Assembly: GCA_965649215.1 (NCBI GenBank)
Contig: CBFGJZ010000032.1
Location: forward strand, 1 to 16,848
Length of the DNA: 16,848 nt
Reading direction: 5' to 3'
DNA from: a candidate division WOR-3 bacterium
Lineage (GTDB): Bacteria; Hydrothermota; Tepidihabitantia; Tepidihabitantales; CAIPLT01
The position numbers and the translations under genes are program-made. Positions 7,862 to 16,151 of the stretch are shown here, one piece after another. The notes under the pieces are model-generated. The model was not told where the DNA came from. It saw only the letters and a program-made list of their open reading frames with translations, and did no database searches. Position 1 is the stretch's first letter. Each line of letters opens with the position of its first letter.

Positions 7862-8653
7862 TTAATCATTCGTCTTTACTTTTTTATATCCTTTTGGTAA
7901 GTCAAAAATTATTGGCAAGAGTTCTTTTTGTTCAATTGATTTAACTTCGTGTTGGGAAACTGGTTTGTCTTTTTCAAAAATAATTGTGCGAACTGGAAAG
8001 CCAAAATACATTTTTGCTGATTTTTCATCTTGACCAACTTGATAAAACCAATTTGTATTTTTTATGATATTTTTAAAGAACTCGCCCATCTTTTCAAATG
8101 CTTTTAACTCTTCTGCTTTGAGAGCAAGTTTTTCATAGGGAGTAGTCCATACTTCAATTTCTTTCTTACCATCTCGAAACCCAACATATTTATCCGTTAT
8201 CCATTGATTGATTTTTTCATTACTTGCTACTTTCTGATAAGTTATTTGTGATTTTGTTGATGGGGTCGGGGTTAAGATGCCTTGGACTTTATTTTTTAAA
8301 CCACCAGGCAGCTCTTTCGTTAATTCCTGCATTTTTGAAATTGCTTGTTCAATTTCCTTTTGGATTTTTTCTAAATCTTGTTTGGTCATTTCTGTATATC
8401 TTTTTTCTTTATGTTCGATCATCCAAAAAAGTTCTTTATCGCCGCGAAAAATTGTAGTTATTTCTTCTTTATCAGTTTTGATATCCATTTTTATTAAATC
8501 TTTTTGTAAATAAATAGTATGGGTACTAATTGGTATTTTGGGATTGCTTAATTCTTTATATTCACTGATCAGAATAATCCCTGCCCAATTAAATGAAACC
8601 ATCGAAAGTATTAAGACGATAACTTTGATAATTTTTTTCATATAAAATCCCAT
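7862..8653 (-). CDS. Secreted/periplasmic protein, DUF4412-like
   Basis: Signal peptide MKKIIKVIVLILSMVSFNWA (alternative start ATG 8641). Pattern I.R.DK..FWMI....K.YTEM, EKINQW..DKY, EVWTT, GFP, terminal FDLPKGYKK resembles DUF4412 proteins (recognised by eye, not searched). Confidence 0.65.
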   Translation of the reverse strand: MGFYMKKIIKVIVLILSMVSFNWAGIILISEYKELSNPKIPISTHTIYLQKDLIKMDIKTDKEEITTIFRGDKELFWMIEHKEKRYTEMTKQDLEKIQKEIEQAISKMQELTKELPGGLKNKVQGILTPTPSTKSQITYQKVASNEKINQWITDKYVGFRDGKKEIEVWTTPYEKLALKAEELKAFEKMGEFFKNIIKNTNWFYQVGQDEKSAKMYFGFPVRTIIFEKDKPVSQHEVKSIEQKELLPIIFDLPKGYKKVKTND

Positions 8654-8654
8654 T

Positions 8655-10406
8655 TTACTTTAAAATTATAACTTTATAATTTATTATAGAACTTTGAGTT
8701 TGTACTTGTGCGATATAAATACCATCTTTTATATGAGGAGGAAGTTTAAATTTGTGCATACCAGCCATAAGATAACCATGATATAAGCAAGTTTGGAGTT
8801 GACCGCTAATGCTATATAACTTAAGAATTATTTTACTATTTGATGGTATTTCTAAATTGATAGTTGAATTTTGCGAGAAAAGTGATGAGCTAATTTTTGA
8901 ATTATTAATTTTACAATTGGTTTGTTTTTCATAAATGCCTGTGCTTGCGGGTTGGTATAGACCAGTTCGTGCCATATCAAAATGATAAGTAGGCCATTGC
9001 CAGGTATGACGATGAAAAGGGACATTTGCTTGCCAGATTGATATTTGCATATAAGGGCCGTTGGCGGAGACGGCAATGATATCAAGTGAGTCATTACCAT
9101 CGACATCGGCAACTGTTGCACCATTTAAATATGTAAAACCATAAGTACGTTGAGGCCAACCGTTAACTATTGTGCCATCGTGATGGCAAGCGTGGAGATA
9201 GCCAAGGGTGTCAGCAGAACTCATTTTATTACTGGTAAAAATTATTTCCATATCATTATCGCCATCAATATTAACTACTGCAATATTACCTTCGGCAGCT
9301 TCGCCATTAGGTGAAATATAAGGAAAACCTGTTAAGACCGAGGCATTGTCATCAAACGCGTAAAGAACATCGCACGAACCAGTAACGACACCTGAAAGAC
9401 CACAAATTATTTTTAAGTCGTGATTGTTATATAAGTCAGCAACTGTTGGTGGACAATAGGTCCAACGTTCAAAATTATAAGGCCAATTTGTAAATGGAGT
9501 TGCGTTATATCGCCAGATATGAACTCCGCCACCATTTTGATGCATAGCGGTAATGATTTCTAAAGTATCATCTCCATTGAGATCAGCTAAAACAGGCGAT
9601 TGGTAAGAAAAACTACGGCCATTAGGATTTATGATTGGCCAACCAGGATAAACCGAACCATCTGCACGGAAAACATAAATTGAACTGTAGGAACAAAAGA
9701 CAATTTCTTTTAATCCATCACGGTCAATATCACCAACTGCAGGTGTTACGGCAGGAACATGATTAAGTGAGCAACTGCGCAGAACTGTTCCGTCATATTT
9801 GAGAATTATTAAATGTCCAATTGGATAGTTTCTTTCTGCAACAATTATTTCTAAAGTATCATCATTATTGATATCCGCTAAACAAGGACTACAAGCAAAA
9901 TTACCATTATGCGGGCCGGTATAAGGCCAACCTGTCTTGAGGGTACCATTTTCTGCAAAGAGATATACTTTACCACCACTGGTAAGACCACGAGTTACAA
10001 CACAGATTTCATAATCACCGTCCAAATCAACATCAGCAACTGCAGGTGCTTCTTGTCCTGCATTGTTAAGATTTTGTGGCCAACCTGGATACAAAGTACC
10101 ATCGTATTTCCAGACATATAATTGATTTGCGGTGCTTGAGCGGATAATTTCTAATTTACCGTCATTGTCAAAATCAGCTAACGCAACACCACGGACTGGG
10201 TTAAATTGGGTATTATTTGGAGTTCGAATTGGCCAACCAGGCAGATAGGGTAAATCACGAGTTTGCCAATTCTGTTCTTTTTCATTTACTTTTTCAATAT
10301 GATTGAGTGCAGGAATTTCAGAACCATAATCACTCATGGTCAGTTTTAAAATTTCAGCAAAACTTAATGTGGATAATAATAGTACTAGGAAATAGAATTT
10401 TTTCAT
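8655..10406 (-). CDS. Secreted FG-GAP/VCBS-repeat beta-propeller protein with C-terminal T9SS type A-like sorting domain
   Basis: Signal peptide; SD GGAGG at 10414-10410; eight DxDxDG-like Ca-binding loops (DFDNDG, DVDLDG, DINNDD, DIDRDG, DLNGDD, DLYNNH, NIDGDN, DVDGND) with recurring G(W/F)P; WPTYHFDMARTG; C-terminal LYSISGQ...GIYIAQV...KVIILK. Confidence 0.82.
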   Translation of the reverse strand: MKKFYFLVLLLSTLSFAEILKLTMSDYGSEIPALNHIEKVNEKEQNWQTRDLPYLPGWPIRTPNNTQFNPVRGVALADFDNDGKLEIIRSSTANQLYVWKYDGTLYPGWPQNLNNAGQEAPAVADVDLDGDYEICVVTRGLTSGGKVYLFAENGTLKTGWPYTGPHNGNFACSPCLADINNDDTLEIIVAERNYPIGHLIILKYDGTVLRSCSLNHVPAVTPAVGDIDRDGLKEIVFCSYSSIYVFRADGSVYPGWPIINPNGRSFSYQSPVLADLNGDDTLEIITAMHQNGGGVHIWRYNATPFTNWPYNFERWTYCPPTVADLYNNHDLKIICGLSGVVTGSCDVLYAFDDNASVLTGFPYISPNGEAAEGNIAVVNIDGDNDMEIIFTSNKMSSADTLGYLHACHHDGTIVNGWPQRTYGFTYLNGATVADVDGNDSLDIIAVSANGPYMQISIWQANVPFHRHTWQWPTYHFDMARTGLYQPASTGIYEKQTNCKINNSKISSSLFSQNSTINLEIPSNSKIILKLYSISGQLQTCLYHGYLMAGMHKFKLPPHIKDGIYIAQVQTQSSIINYKVIILK

Positions 10407-10437
10407 TTGCCCTCCAATAGTTTAATTATTTCCCTCA

Positions 10438-10467
10438 ATTATAGGATTATAATGAGATATCTGTCAA
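10438..10467 (-). promoter_or_regulatory. Consensus sigma70 promoter for the FG-GAP / DUF4412-like pair
   Basis: TTGACA (10467-10462), 18 bp, TATAAT (10443-10438), ending 31 bp before the ATG. Confidence 0.7.
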
Positions 10468-10583
10468 GATATTGACAAAAGTTTTATCTAACTAAGGCTT
10501 AAAGAAAAAAAGTTATATAAATAATACGAAGTCTATTTATTGATTAGAATCGCAAATTGATTTTTCTTATAGTACTTTTTGTC

Positions 10584-10614
10584 TTGACATTAAATATAAA
10601 TTAAGTAGTATAAT
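10584..10614 (+). promoter_or_regulatory. Sigma70-type promoter of the mutase operon (probably leaderless)
   Basis: TTGACA (10584-10589), then TAGTAT at 16 bp (10606-10611) or TATAAT at 19 bp (10609-10614); GTG at 10619; no SD. Confidence 0.65.
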
Positions 10615-10618
10615 TTTA

Positions 10619-12172
10619 GTGCAGGATTTTTATTCGCCAAAAGATTTAGCGGGTTTTGATTACGAGAAGTATCTTGCTGATCCAGGTCGATATCCTTTTA
10701 CTCGAGGTATTTATCCCAACATGTATAAGGGGCGATTATGGACGATGCGACAATATGCAGGTTTTGGTGATGCTAAAAAGACAAACGAGCGCTTTCGCTA
10801 TTTGCTAAAAGAGGGACAAACAGGTCTGTCAGTTGCCTTTGATTTACCAACACAGCTGGGATATGATTCAGATAATAAGCGCGCTTTGGGCGAAGTTGGT
10901 AAAGTTGGTGTTGCGATCAGCACAATTAATGATATGGCATTGTTATTCAACCAGATCCCGTTAAATAAAGTTTCAACATCAATGACAATCAATGCTACAG
11001 CACCGATGATTCTAGCAATGTATTTAGTACTGGCAGAAGAATGTAATATTCCACAGGCTGAATTATCAGGGACCATACAAAATGATATCTTAAAAGAATA
11101 TCTGGCACGTGGAAATTATATCTTTCCTGTAAAGCCATCGATGAAGTTATCGGTTGATTTATGTGAATATTGTGCAAAATATGTGCCGAAATGGTATTTT
11201 ATATCTATTTCTGGCTATCATATTCGTGAAGCCGGTGCAAACGCTATACAAGAAGTGGCTTTTACCCTTGCCAATGGTATTGAGTATATAGAAGCAATTT
11301 TAAATCGGGGTATGAATATAGATAGTTTTGGACCTCGCTTATCATTTTTCTTCGGAGCCCATAATAATTTATTTGAAGAAATTGCTAAATTTCGTGCCGC
11401 GCGGCGAATTTGGGCAAGAATTATGCGGGAGCGTTTTAAAGCTCAAGATCCCAAATCTTGGATGTTGCGATTCCATACTCAAACTTGTGGTTCAACTTTA
11501 ACTGCTCAAGAAGCAGAGAATAATATCATCCGAGTGACATTGCAAGCTTTAGCTGCAGTATTAGGCGGTACTCAAAGTTTACACACCAATTCATTTGATG
11601 AAGCATTGGCTTTACCAAGCGCTCAAGCCGTAAAGATTGCATTACGAACTCAACAAATAATCGGTTACGAATCGCAGGTTAGTGAAGTTGCAGACCCATT
11701 AGGGGGGGCTTATTATTTAGAAAAACTAACTAATGAAATTGAAGAACAGGTTTTAATTTTATTACAAAAGATTGAACAAGGTGGTGGTGCAGTTAAGTGT
11801 ATTGAAAGTGGATTTATGCAAAAACAGATTGAGGAATCAGCATTTCGTTATCAAAAAGAAATCGAACAGAATCAACGGAAAATCGTTGGTGTTAATGTTT
11901 TTAATGAGCCTAAAGATAAAAAACAAGCAATCAGAATTCTTAAAGTTTCACCAAAATTGGAAAATCAGCGTAGAAAAGATTTAAGCATATTTCGTGAAAA
12001 ACGTAATCAACAAAAAGTAAAATTAAGTCTACAAAAATTAAATGAAGCAATACAATGCGATAACAATTTAATGCCAAGTATTATTGATTGTTGTCGTAGT
12101 AGAGCAACATTACAAGAAATTTGTGATGTATTAAGGTTAAATTATGGAGAGTATGATGCTAAAAAGTCTTAA
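10619..12172 (+). CDS. Methylmalonyl-CoA mutase, large (substrate-binding TIM-barrel) subunit; lacks the B12-binding domain
   Basis: PFTRG, WTMRQYAGF (Tyr specificity residue), GLSVAFDLPTQLGYDSD, GTIQNDILKEYLARG (Arg), SGYHIREAG, GGTQSLHTNSFDEAL, DPLGG; no DxHxxG motif. Confidence 0.93.
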   Translation: MQDFYSPKDLAGFDYEKYLADPGRYPFTRGIYPNMYKGRLWTMRQYAGFGDAKKTNERFRYLLKEGQTGLSVAFDLPTQLGYDSDNKRALGEVGKVGVAISTINDMALLFNQIPLNKVSTSMTINATAPMILAMYLVLAEECNIPQAELSGTIQNDILKEYLARGNYIFPVKPSMKLSVDLCEYCAKYVPKWYFISISGYHIREAGANAIQEVAFTLANGIEYIEAILNRGMNIDSFGPRLSFFFGAHNNLFEEIAKFRAARRIWARIMRERFKAQDPKSWMLRFHTQTCGSTLTAQEAENNIIRVTLQALAAVLGGTQSLHTNSFDEALALPSAQAVKIALRTQQIIGYESQVSEVADPLGGAYYLEKLTNEIEEQVLILLQKIEQGGGAVKCIESGFMQKQIEESAFRYQKEIEQNQRKIVGVNVFNEPKDKKQAIRILKVSPKLENQRRKDLSIFREKRNQQKVKLSLQKLNEAIQCDNNLMPSIIDCCRSRATLQEICDVLRLNYGEYDAKKS

Positions 12173-12551
12173 TCATATTGGGATTGCCGTAAATTCTATT
12201 GATGAAATTATAAAAATTTATCGGGACATTTTTCAGTTAGGTGAGCCAACGATAGTTGAATTGCCAGACATGAAATTGAGAGTGGCGATGTTTCCAATGG
12301 AGAGTTATAATATTGAATTTGTTGAGCCGCTGTGTGCAGATACGACAATTGCTAAGTTTTTAGAAAAACGGGGAGCAGGCATTCATCATTTATGTTTTAC
12401 TGTTGATAACATTGATGAAAAATTAGCAATTTTAAAAGCAAAAGGTGTTATTTTAATTGATGAAAAACCGCGAATCGGTGCGATGGGTAAGAAAGTTGCG
12501 TTTATTTCACCCAAAAGCACGAATGGTATTTTGATTGAATTATCCGAATAA
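12156..12551 (+). CDS. mce: Methylmalonyl-CoA epimerase (VOC fold)
   Basis: HIGIAV, IEFVEP, KFLEKRGAGIHHLCF, PRIGAMG, NGILIEL. SD GGAG(AG) at 12146-12151 favours ATG 12156 (or 12153). Overlaps the mutase stop. Confidence 0.92.
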   Translation: MLKSLNHIGIAVNSIDEIIKIYRDIFQLGEPTIVELPDMKLRVAMFPMESYNIEFVEPLCADTTIAKFLEKRGAGIHHLCFTVDNIDEKLAILKAKGVILIDEKPRIGAMGKKVAFISPKSTNGILIELSE

Positions 12552-12622
12552 ACCACTGATGGATACCCACCAATGTTTTATTTTTATTATTATGCAGTGG
12601 TTAATATAAGAAAGGATTGAAA

Positions 12623-13825
12623 ATGAAAAAGAAAAAATCAAAAATGCAGAGAAATATTGCAACTGAAGTTGTTCATGGAATTCAAGTCATCGGTGATCGA
12701 ATAACACGAGCATTATCAGTACCAATCTATCAAAGTGCGGTATTTACTTTTGAAAGCGCTGAAGCGGGTGCAGAAATTTTTGCAAAAAAGCGTAAGGGTT
12801 ATTTTTATACCCGTTTAGGTAATCCCACTATTGAAGCATTTGAAGAAAAAATGGCATATTTAGAAGATGGAGAAGCAGCATGTGCATTTGCATCAGGGAT
12901 GGCAGCAATTTCAGGGACAATTTTAAATATCTGTAAACAGGGCGATGAAATTGTGGCAGTATATCCGATTTACGGATGCACTTACTCGTTATTAATCGAT
13001 GTCTTACCAAGATGGGGTATCAAAGTAAAGTGGGCAAAAGCAGATAATTTTCTTGTAAATCTAAAAAGACAATTGAATAAAAAAACGAAAATGGTATTGA
13101 TTGAGACGCCGGTGAATCCAACGATTGATATTATTGATATTAACGAGACGGCAAAACTTGCTCACCAAAATAAAGCAATATTAGCAGTTGATAATACTTT
13201 TGCTTCTTTTTATAACCAGAAACCTTTAAATTTTGGTGCTGATGTTGTGATGTATAGTGCAACCAAATATATCAGCGGACATGGTGATACGGTAGGAGGA
13301 GTCGTGGTTGGAGAGCAGAAATTTATATCTGATATGAAAGATTATATTGTGCGTGATTTGGGCGGGATTATGAGTCCTTTTAACGCTTGGTTATTATTGA
13401 GAGGTTTACGGACAATGGCGGTACGAATGCAAGCGCATAACTATAATGGCAAGATTGTGGCTGAGTTTTTGGAGGATCATCCGAAAGTAGCTTGGGTAAA
13501 ATATCCTGGTCTCAAATCACATCCCCACCATGCAATTGCTCAAAAACAAATGAGTGATTATAGTTCCATGATTGCATTTGAATTAAAAGGGGGGCGTGAA
13601 GCTGGGCGAAAATTAATGGATAATGTTAAACTGTGTGTCTGTGCTGTGAGTTTAGGTGAGGCGGCTACCTTGATTGAACATCCAGCGTCAATGACTCATT
13701 CCAGTTATTCGAAGCAAGCACTTAAAGCATCGGGTATTTCTGAAGGGTTAGTGCGTCTTTCGGTTGGAATTGAATATGTAAAAGATATTATAGATGATTT
13801 AAAACAAGCACTAGATAAAGTGTAA
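12623..13825 (+). CDS. megL: Methionine gamma-lyase (Cys/Met metabolism PLP enzyme)
   Basis: YTRLGNPT, FASGMAAI, IYGCT (the Cys typical of MGL), ETPVNPT, VDNTF, SATKYISGHGD (PLP Lys), AVSLG, HPASMTH, LVRLSVGIE. SD AAAGGA 12611-12616 favours ATG 12623. Confidence 0.82.
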   Translation: MKKKKSKMQRNIATEVVHGIQVIGDRITRALSVPIYQSAVFTFESAEAGAEIFAKKRKGYFYTRLGNPTIEAFEEKMAYLEDGEAACAFASGMAAISGTILNICKQGDEIVAVYPIYGCTYSLLIDVLPRWGIKVKWAKADNFLVNLKRQLNKKTKMVLIETPVNPTIDIIDINETAKLAHQNKAILAVDNTFASFYNQKPLNFGADVVMYSATKYISGHGDTVGGVVVGEQKFISDMKDYIVRDLGGIMSPFNAWLLLRGLRTMAVRMQAHNYNGKIVAEFLEDHPKVAWVKYPGLKSHPHHAIAQKQMSDYSSMIAFELKGGREAGRKLMDNVKLCVCAVSLGEAATLIEHPASMTHSSYSKQALKASGISEGLVRLSVGIEYVKDIIDDLKQALDKV

Positions 13826-13846
13826 GCAGAGATAAGAAGAGCATAT

Positions 13847-13884
13847 AAAAAGGGTCGCTCGGCGATATAACGCAGCGACCCTTT
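13847..13884. terminator. Intrinsic terminator between convergent megL and acyl-CoA synthetase, likely bidirectional
   Basis: AAAGGGTCGCT (13849-13859) / AGCGACCCTTT (13874-13884) with inner GCG/CGC; T5 tract on the minus strand, T3 on the plus strand. Confidence 0.85.
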
Positions 13885-13900
13885 GGTTAAGATAGAGGGT

Positions 13901-15607
13901 TTATGCCGTTTTGATTTTTGCCAATTCTTCTAAACCGAGTTCTTTTATTAACATTTCCTTAAGTTTGAATTTTTGAATTTTGCCCGTGACGGTCATCGCC
14001 ATTGCAAAGTTATCAACAAATTTAACATAACGGGGGATTTTTGACCATTCGACTTTACCCTCACAACGAGCCTTGATTTCTTCGAGAGTTAACTTTTTAT
14101 TTGGTTTTAATTTAATAACTGCTGCAAGCACTTCTTGTAAAACTTTATGGGGAACTCCAACCACATGGATTTCCATTATTTCATCTTCAAATAAAGATAA
14201 AAGAGTTTGTTCAACTTCCGCGGGATAAACATTATGTCCACCAACGATGACCATATCTTTATACCGACCAACAATTTTATAATAGTTTTCTTGATCTCGA
14301 GTTCCTAAGTCACCGGTGCGGAGCCACCCGTCTTTAACGATTGCTTTAGCAGTCTCTTCGGGTTTTTTATAATATCCTTTCATAACATTATAACCCTTAA
14401 CCCAAATCTCACCAACTTCCCCGACACCAACTTCTTTTTCTGTTATTGGGTCAACTATTTTAGCCATCACATTGTCTAAGGGTTTACCAACCGTGGAAAC
14501 TCTGCGTTCAATTGAATCATCAGGGCGGGTTTGATGAGTGATTGGGCTGGCTTCAGTTAGGCCATAGACAATTGTGATTTTTTTAGCGCCCATTTTATAG
14601 ACAACATCTTCCATCAATTCAATGGGACAAGGGGCACCAGCCATAATCCCGGTGCGTAAGGAAGAGAGGTTAAATTTCGCAAATTCGGGGTCATGAAGTT
14701 CATTGATAAACATTGATGGTACACCATGAAGAGCGGTACATTTTTCTTTTTCTACTGCAATGAGTGTTTTACGAGCATTAAAATGTTCTGTTGGAATCAC
14801 CATTGTTGCGCCATAGGCAATACAAACCATATTACCCAAGACCGTGCCAAAACAATGATAATAAGGAACTGGGATGCAAACCCGATCTTGATAGGTTAGT
14901 TCCATATTTTGACCACCATCCCGAGCATTATTAACAATATTGTAATGAGTTAACATCGCACCTTTAGGAAACCCCGTTGTCCCTGATGTGTATTGGATCA
15001 AACAGACATCTTGGGGATCCACTGATTGGATAATATTTTGAAAATCATTTTCAGAAACTGAATTACCGAGTGCCATAAAATCTTGCCATCGTATAACCCA
15101 AGCAGGAGGTTTGAGATTGTGAGTTATTAAAATGATATTTTTTAGTTCAGGAAATTGTTTGAGATTTAATTTTGGATTAGTAATTTCATTTAGTTCTGGG
15201 CAGGCTTCGGTCAAAATTTTTAAATACTCATATCGATGAATTTTATCGCCACTTTTTTTCTCAAATCCCTCAATCATTACTAGTACTTTTGAATCTGATT
15301 GTTTAAGTGCATAATCAACTTCGGATGCTTTCCATTCTGGATTAACTGTGACGAGAGCTGCTCCAATTCGGGCTGCAGCAAGTTGTGTTAAGAGCCATTC
15401 TAGTTTATTCGTTCCCCATATTGCAATATGGTCAGCTCGTTTAACACCTAAACTGATAAATGCCTTGGCAGTTTGATCAACTAGATTTTTTAGTTCAAGC
15501 CAAGTATAACGAAGATTATCATCGACATAAACAACTGCTTCGTGATGCGGATACTTTTGAGCATTGTCTTCAAGTAATTGACCAATTGTCTTATTAATTA
15601 AATCCAT
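13901..15607 (-). CDS. AMP-binding acyl-CoA synthetase (fatty-acid-CoA ligase, ACSF2/YngI-like)
   Basis: YTSGTTGFPKG, PYYHCFG, GIMAGAPCP, YGLTEASP, GWLRTGDLG, GRYKDMVIVGGHNVYPAEVE, TGKIQK; SD AAAGGA upstream. Confidence 0.92.
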   Translation of the reverse strand: MDLINKTIGQLLEDNAQKYPHHEAVVYVDDNLRYTWLELKNLVDQTAKAFISLGVKRADHIAIWGTNKLEWLLTQLAAARIGAALVTVNPEWKASEVDYALKQSDSKVLVMIEGFEKKSGDKIHRYEYLKILTEACPELNEITNPKLNLKQFPELKNIILITHNLKPPAWVIRWQDFMALGNSVSENDFQNIIQSVDPQDVCLIQYTSGTTGFPKGAMLTHYNIVNNARDGGQNMELTYQDRVCIPVPYYHCFGTVLGNMVCIAYGATMVIPTEHFNARKTLIAVEKEKCTALHGVPSMFINELHDPEFAKFNLSSLRTGIMAGAPCPIELMEDVVYKMGAKKITIVYGLTEASPITHQTRPDDSIERRVSTVGKPLDNVMAKIVDPITEKEVGVGEVGEIWVKGYNVMKGYYKKPEETAKAIVKDGWLRTGDLGTRDQENYYKIVGRYKDMVIVGGHNVYPAEVEQTLLSLFEDEIMEIHVVGVPHKVLQEVLAAVIKLKPNKKLTLEEIKARCEGKVEWSKIPRYVKFVDNFAMAMTVTGKIQKFKLKEMLIKELGLEELAKIKTA

Positions 15608-15683
15608 ACTTTTATTCCTTTCTAATATTTAAAATATTATGTGGTTTTCTAAAAGTAAAAACCCATGAAATTGTTTATGGTTA

Positions 15684-15712
15684 ATTATACAGATATCCAG
15701 ATAAAAAATCAA
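15684..15712 (-). promoter_or_regulatory. Sigma70-type promoter for the acyl-CoA synthetase
   Basis: TTGATT (15712-15707), 17 bp, TATAAT (15689-15684). Confidence 0.6.
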
Positions 15713-15733
15713 GTGTTTAAATTTGGTCATTTA

Positions 15734-15761
15734 TTGACATTGCTGCAGATTTTGATATTTT
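15734..15761 (+). promoter_or_regulatory. Sigma70-type promoter (extended -10) for the Minf_1886-like / DinG genes, probably leaderless
   Basis: TTGACA (15734-15739), 16 bp, TATTTT (15756-15761) preceded by TGn; ATG 8 nt later at 15770. Confidence 0.55.
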
Positions 15762-15769
15762 TATTTACG

Positions 15770-16147
15770 ATGTTCAATGAAATTGAGGAGATCTTAAAGA
15801 AAGATAGCCGTTATAAAATTCAAGCTTATGCTTTTGTATTAGAAGCTTTGGAAGTAGCACGAAGATTAGTTGGTAAGAATAAGCATGTGAGTGGTAAAGA
15901 ACTTTTAGAAGGAATTAGAGTTTTAGCACAGAAACAATACGGCATCATGGCGAAAACGGTTTTTGAATCGTGGGGAATAAAAACCACTGATGATTTTGGA
16001 GAGATTGTCTTTAATTTAGTAGAGGCTAAATTATTAAGTAAAACGGAGGAAGATAGCAAAGAAGATTTTCATAATGTTTTTGATTTTGAAGAAGTTTTTA
16101 TTAAAAAATATACTTTTCCCAAACGCAATGAATTAAAAAAAATATAG
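15770..16147 (+). CDS. Conserved hypothetical protein, Minf_1886 family-like
   Basis: DSRYKIQAYAFVLEAL...HVSGKELLEGIR.LA..QYG.MAKTVFESWGI..TDDFGEIVFNLVE..LL.KTEEDS.EDF matches the family as I recall it. The 35 extra codons from 15665 overlap two promoters and are probably not translated. Confidence 0.8.
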   Translation: MFNEIEEILKKDSRYKIQAYAFVLEALEVARRLVGKNKHVSGKELLEGIRVLAQKQYGIMAKTVFESWGIKTTDDFGEIVFNLVEAKLLSKTEEDSKEDFHNVFDFEEVFIKKYTFPKRNELKKI

Positions 16148-16151
16148 CAAG

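Noticed and set aside
10407..10618. Cobalamin riboswitch upstream of the B12-dependent mutase
   Set aside because: The region is very AT-rich, has no B12-box or GGGAA core, and the promoter abuts the start codon.
10619..12172. Alternative acyl-CoA mutase (isobutyryl-, 2-hydroxyisobutyryl- or pivalyl-CoA) or pseudogene lacking the B12 domain
   Set aside because: The specificity residues are Tyr/Arg as in methylmalonyl-CoA mutase, mce is adjacent, and split large/small-subunit mutases are well known.
12552..12622. SAM riboswitch or T-box upstream of megL
   Set aside because: Only about 70 nt long and lacks the conserved SAM-I and T-box motifs.
8224..13010. Short ORFs 8224-8457, 8277-8513, 8852-9124, 9909-10121, 10798-11076, 10995-11177, 11772-11984, 12828-13010
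   Set aside because: All are nested in well-supported genes and have no recognisable protein features.
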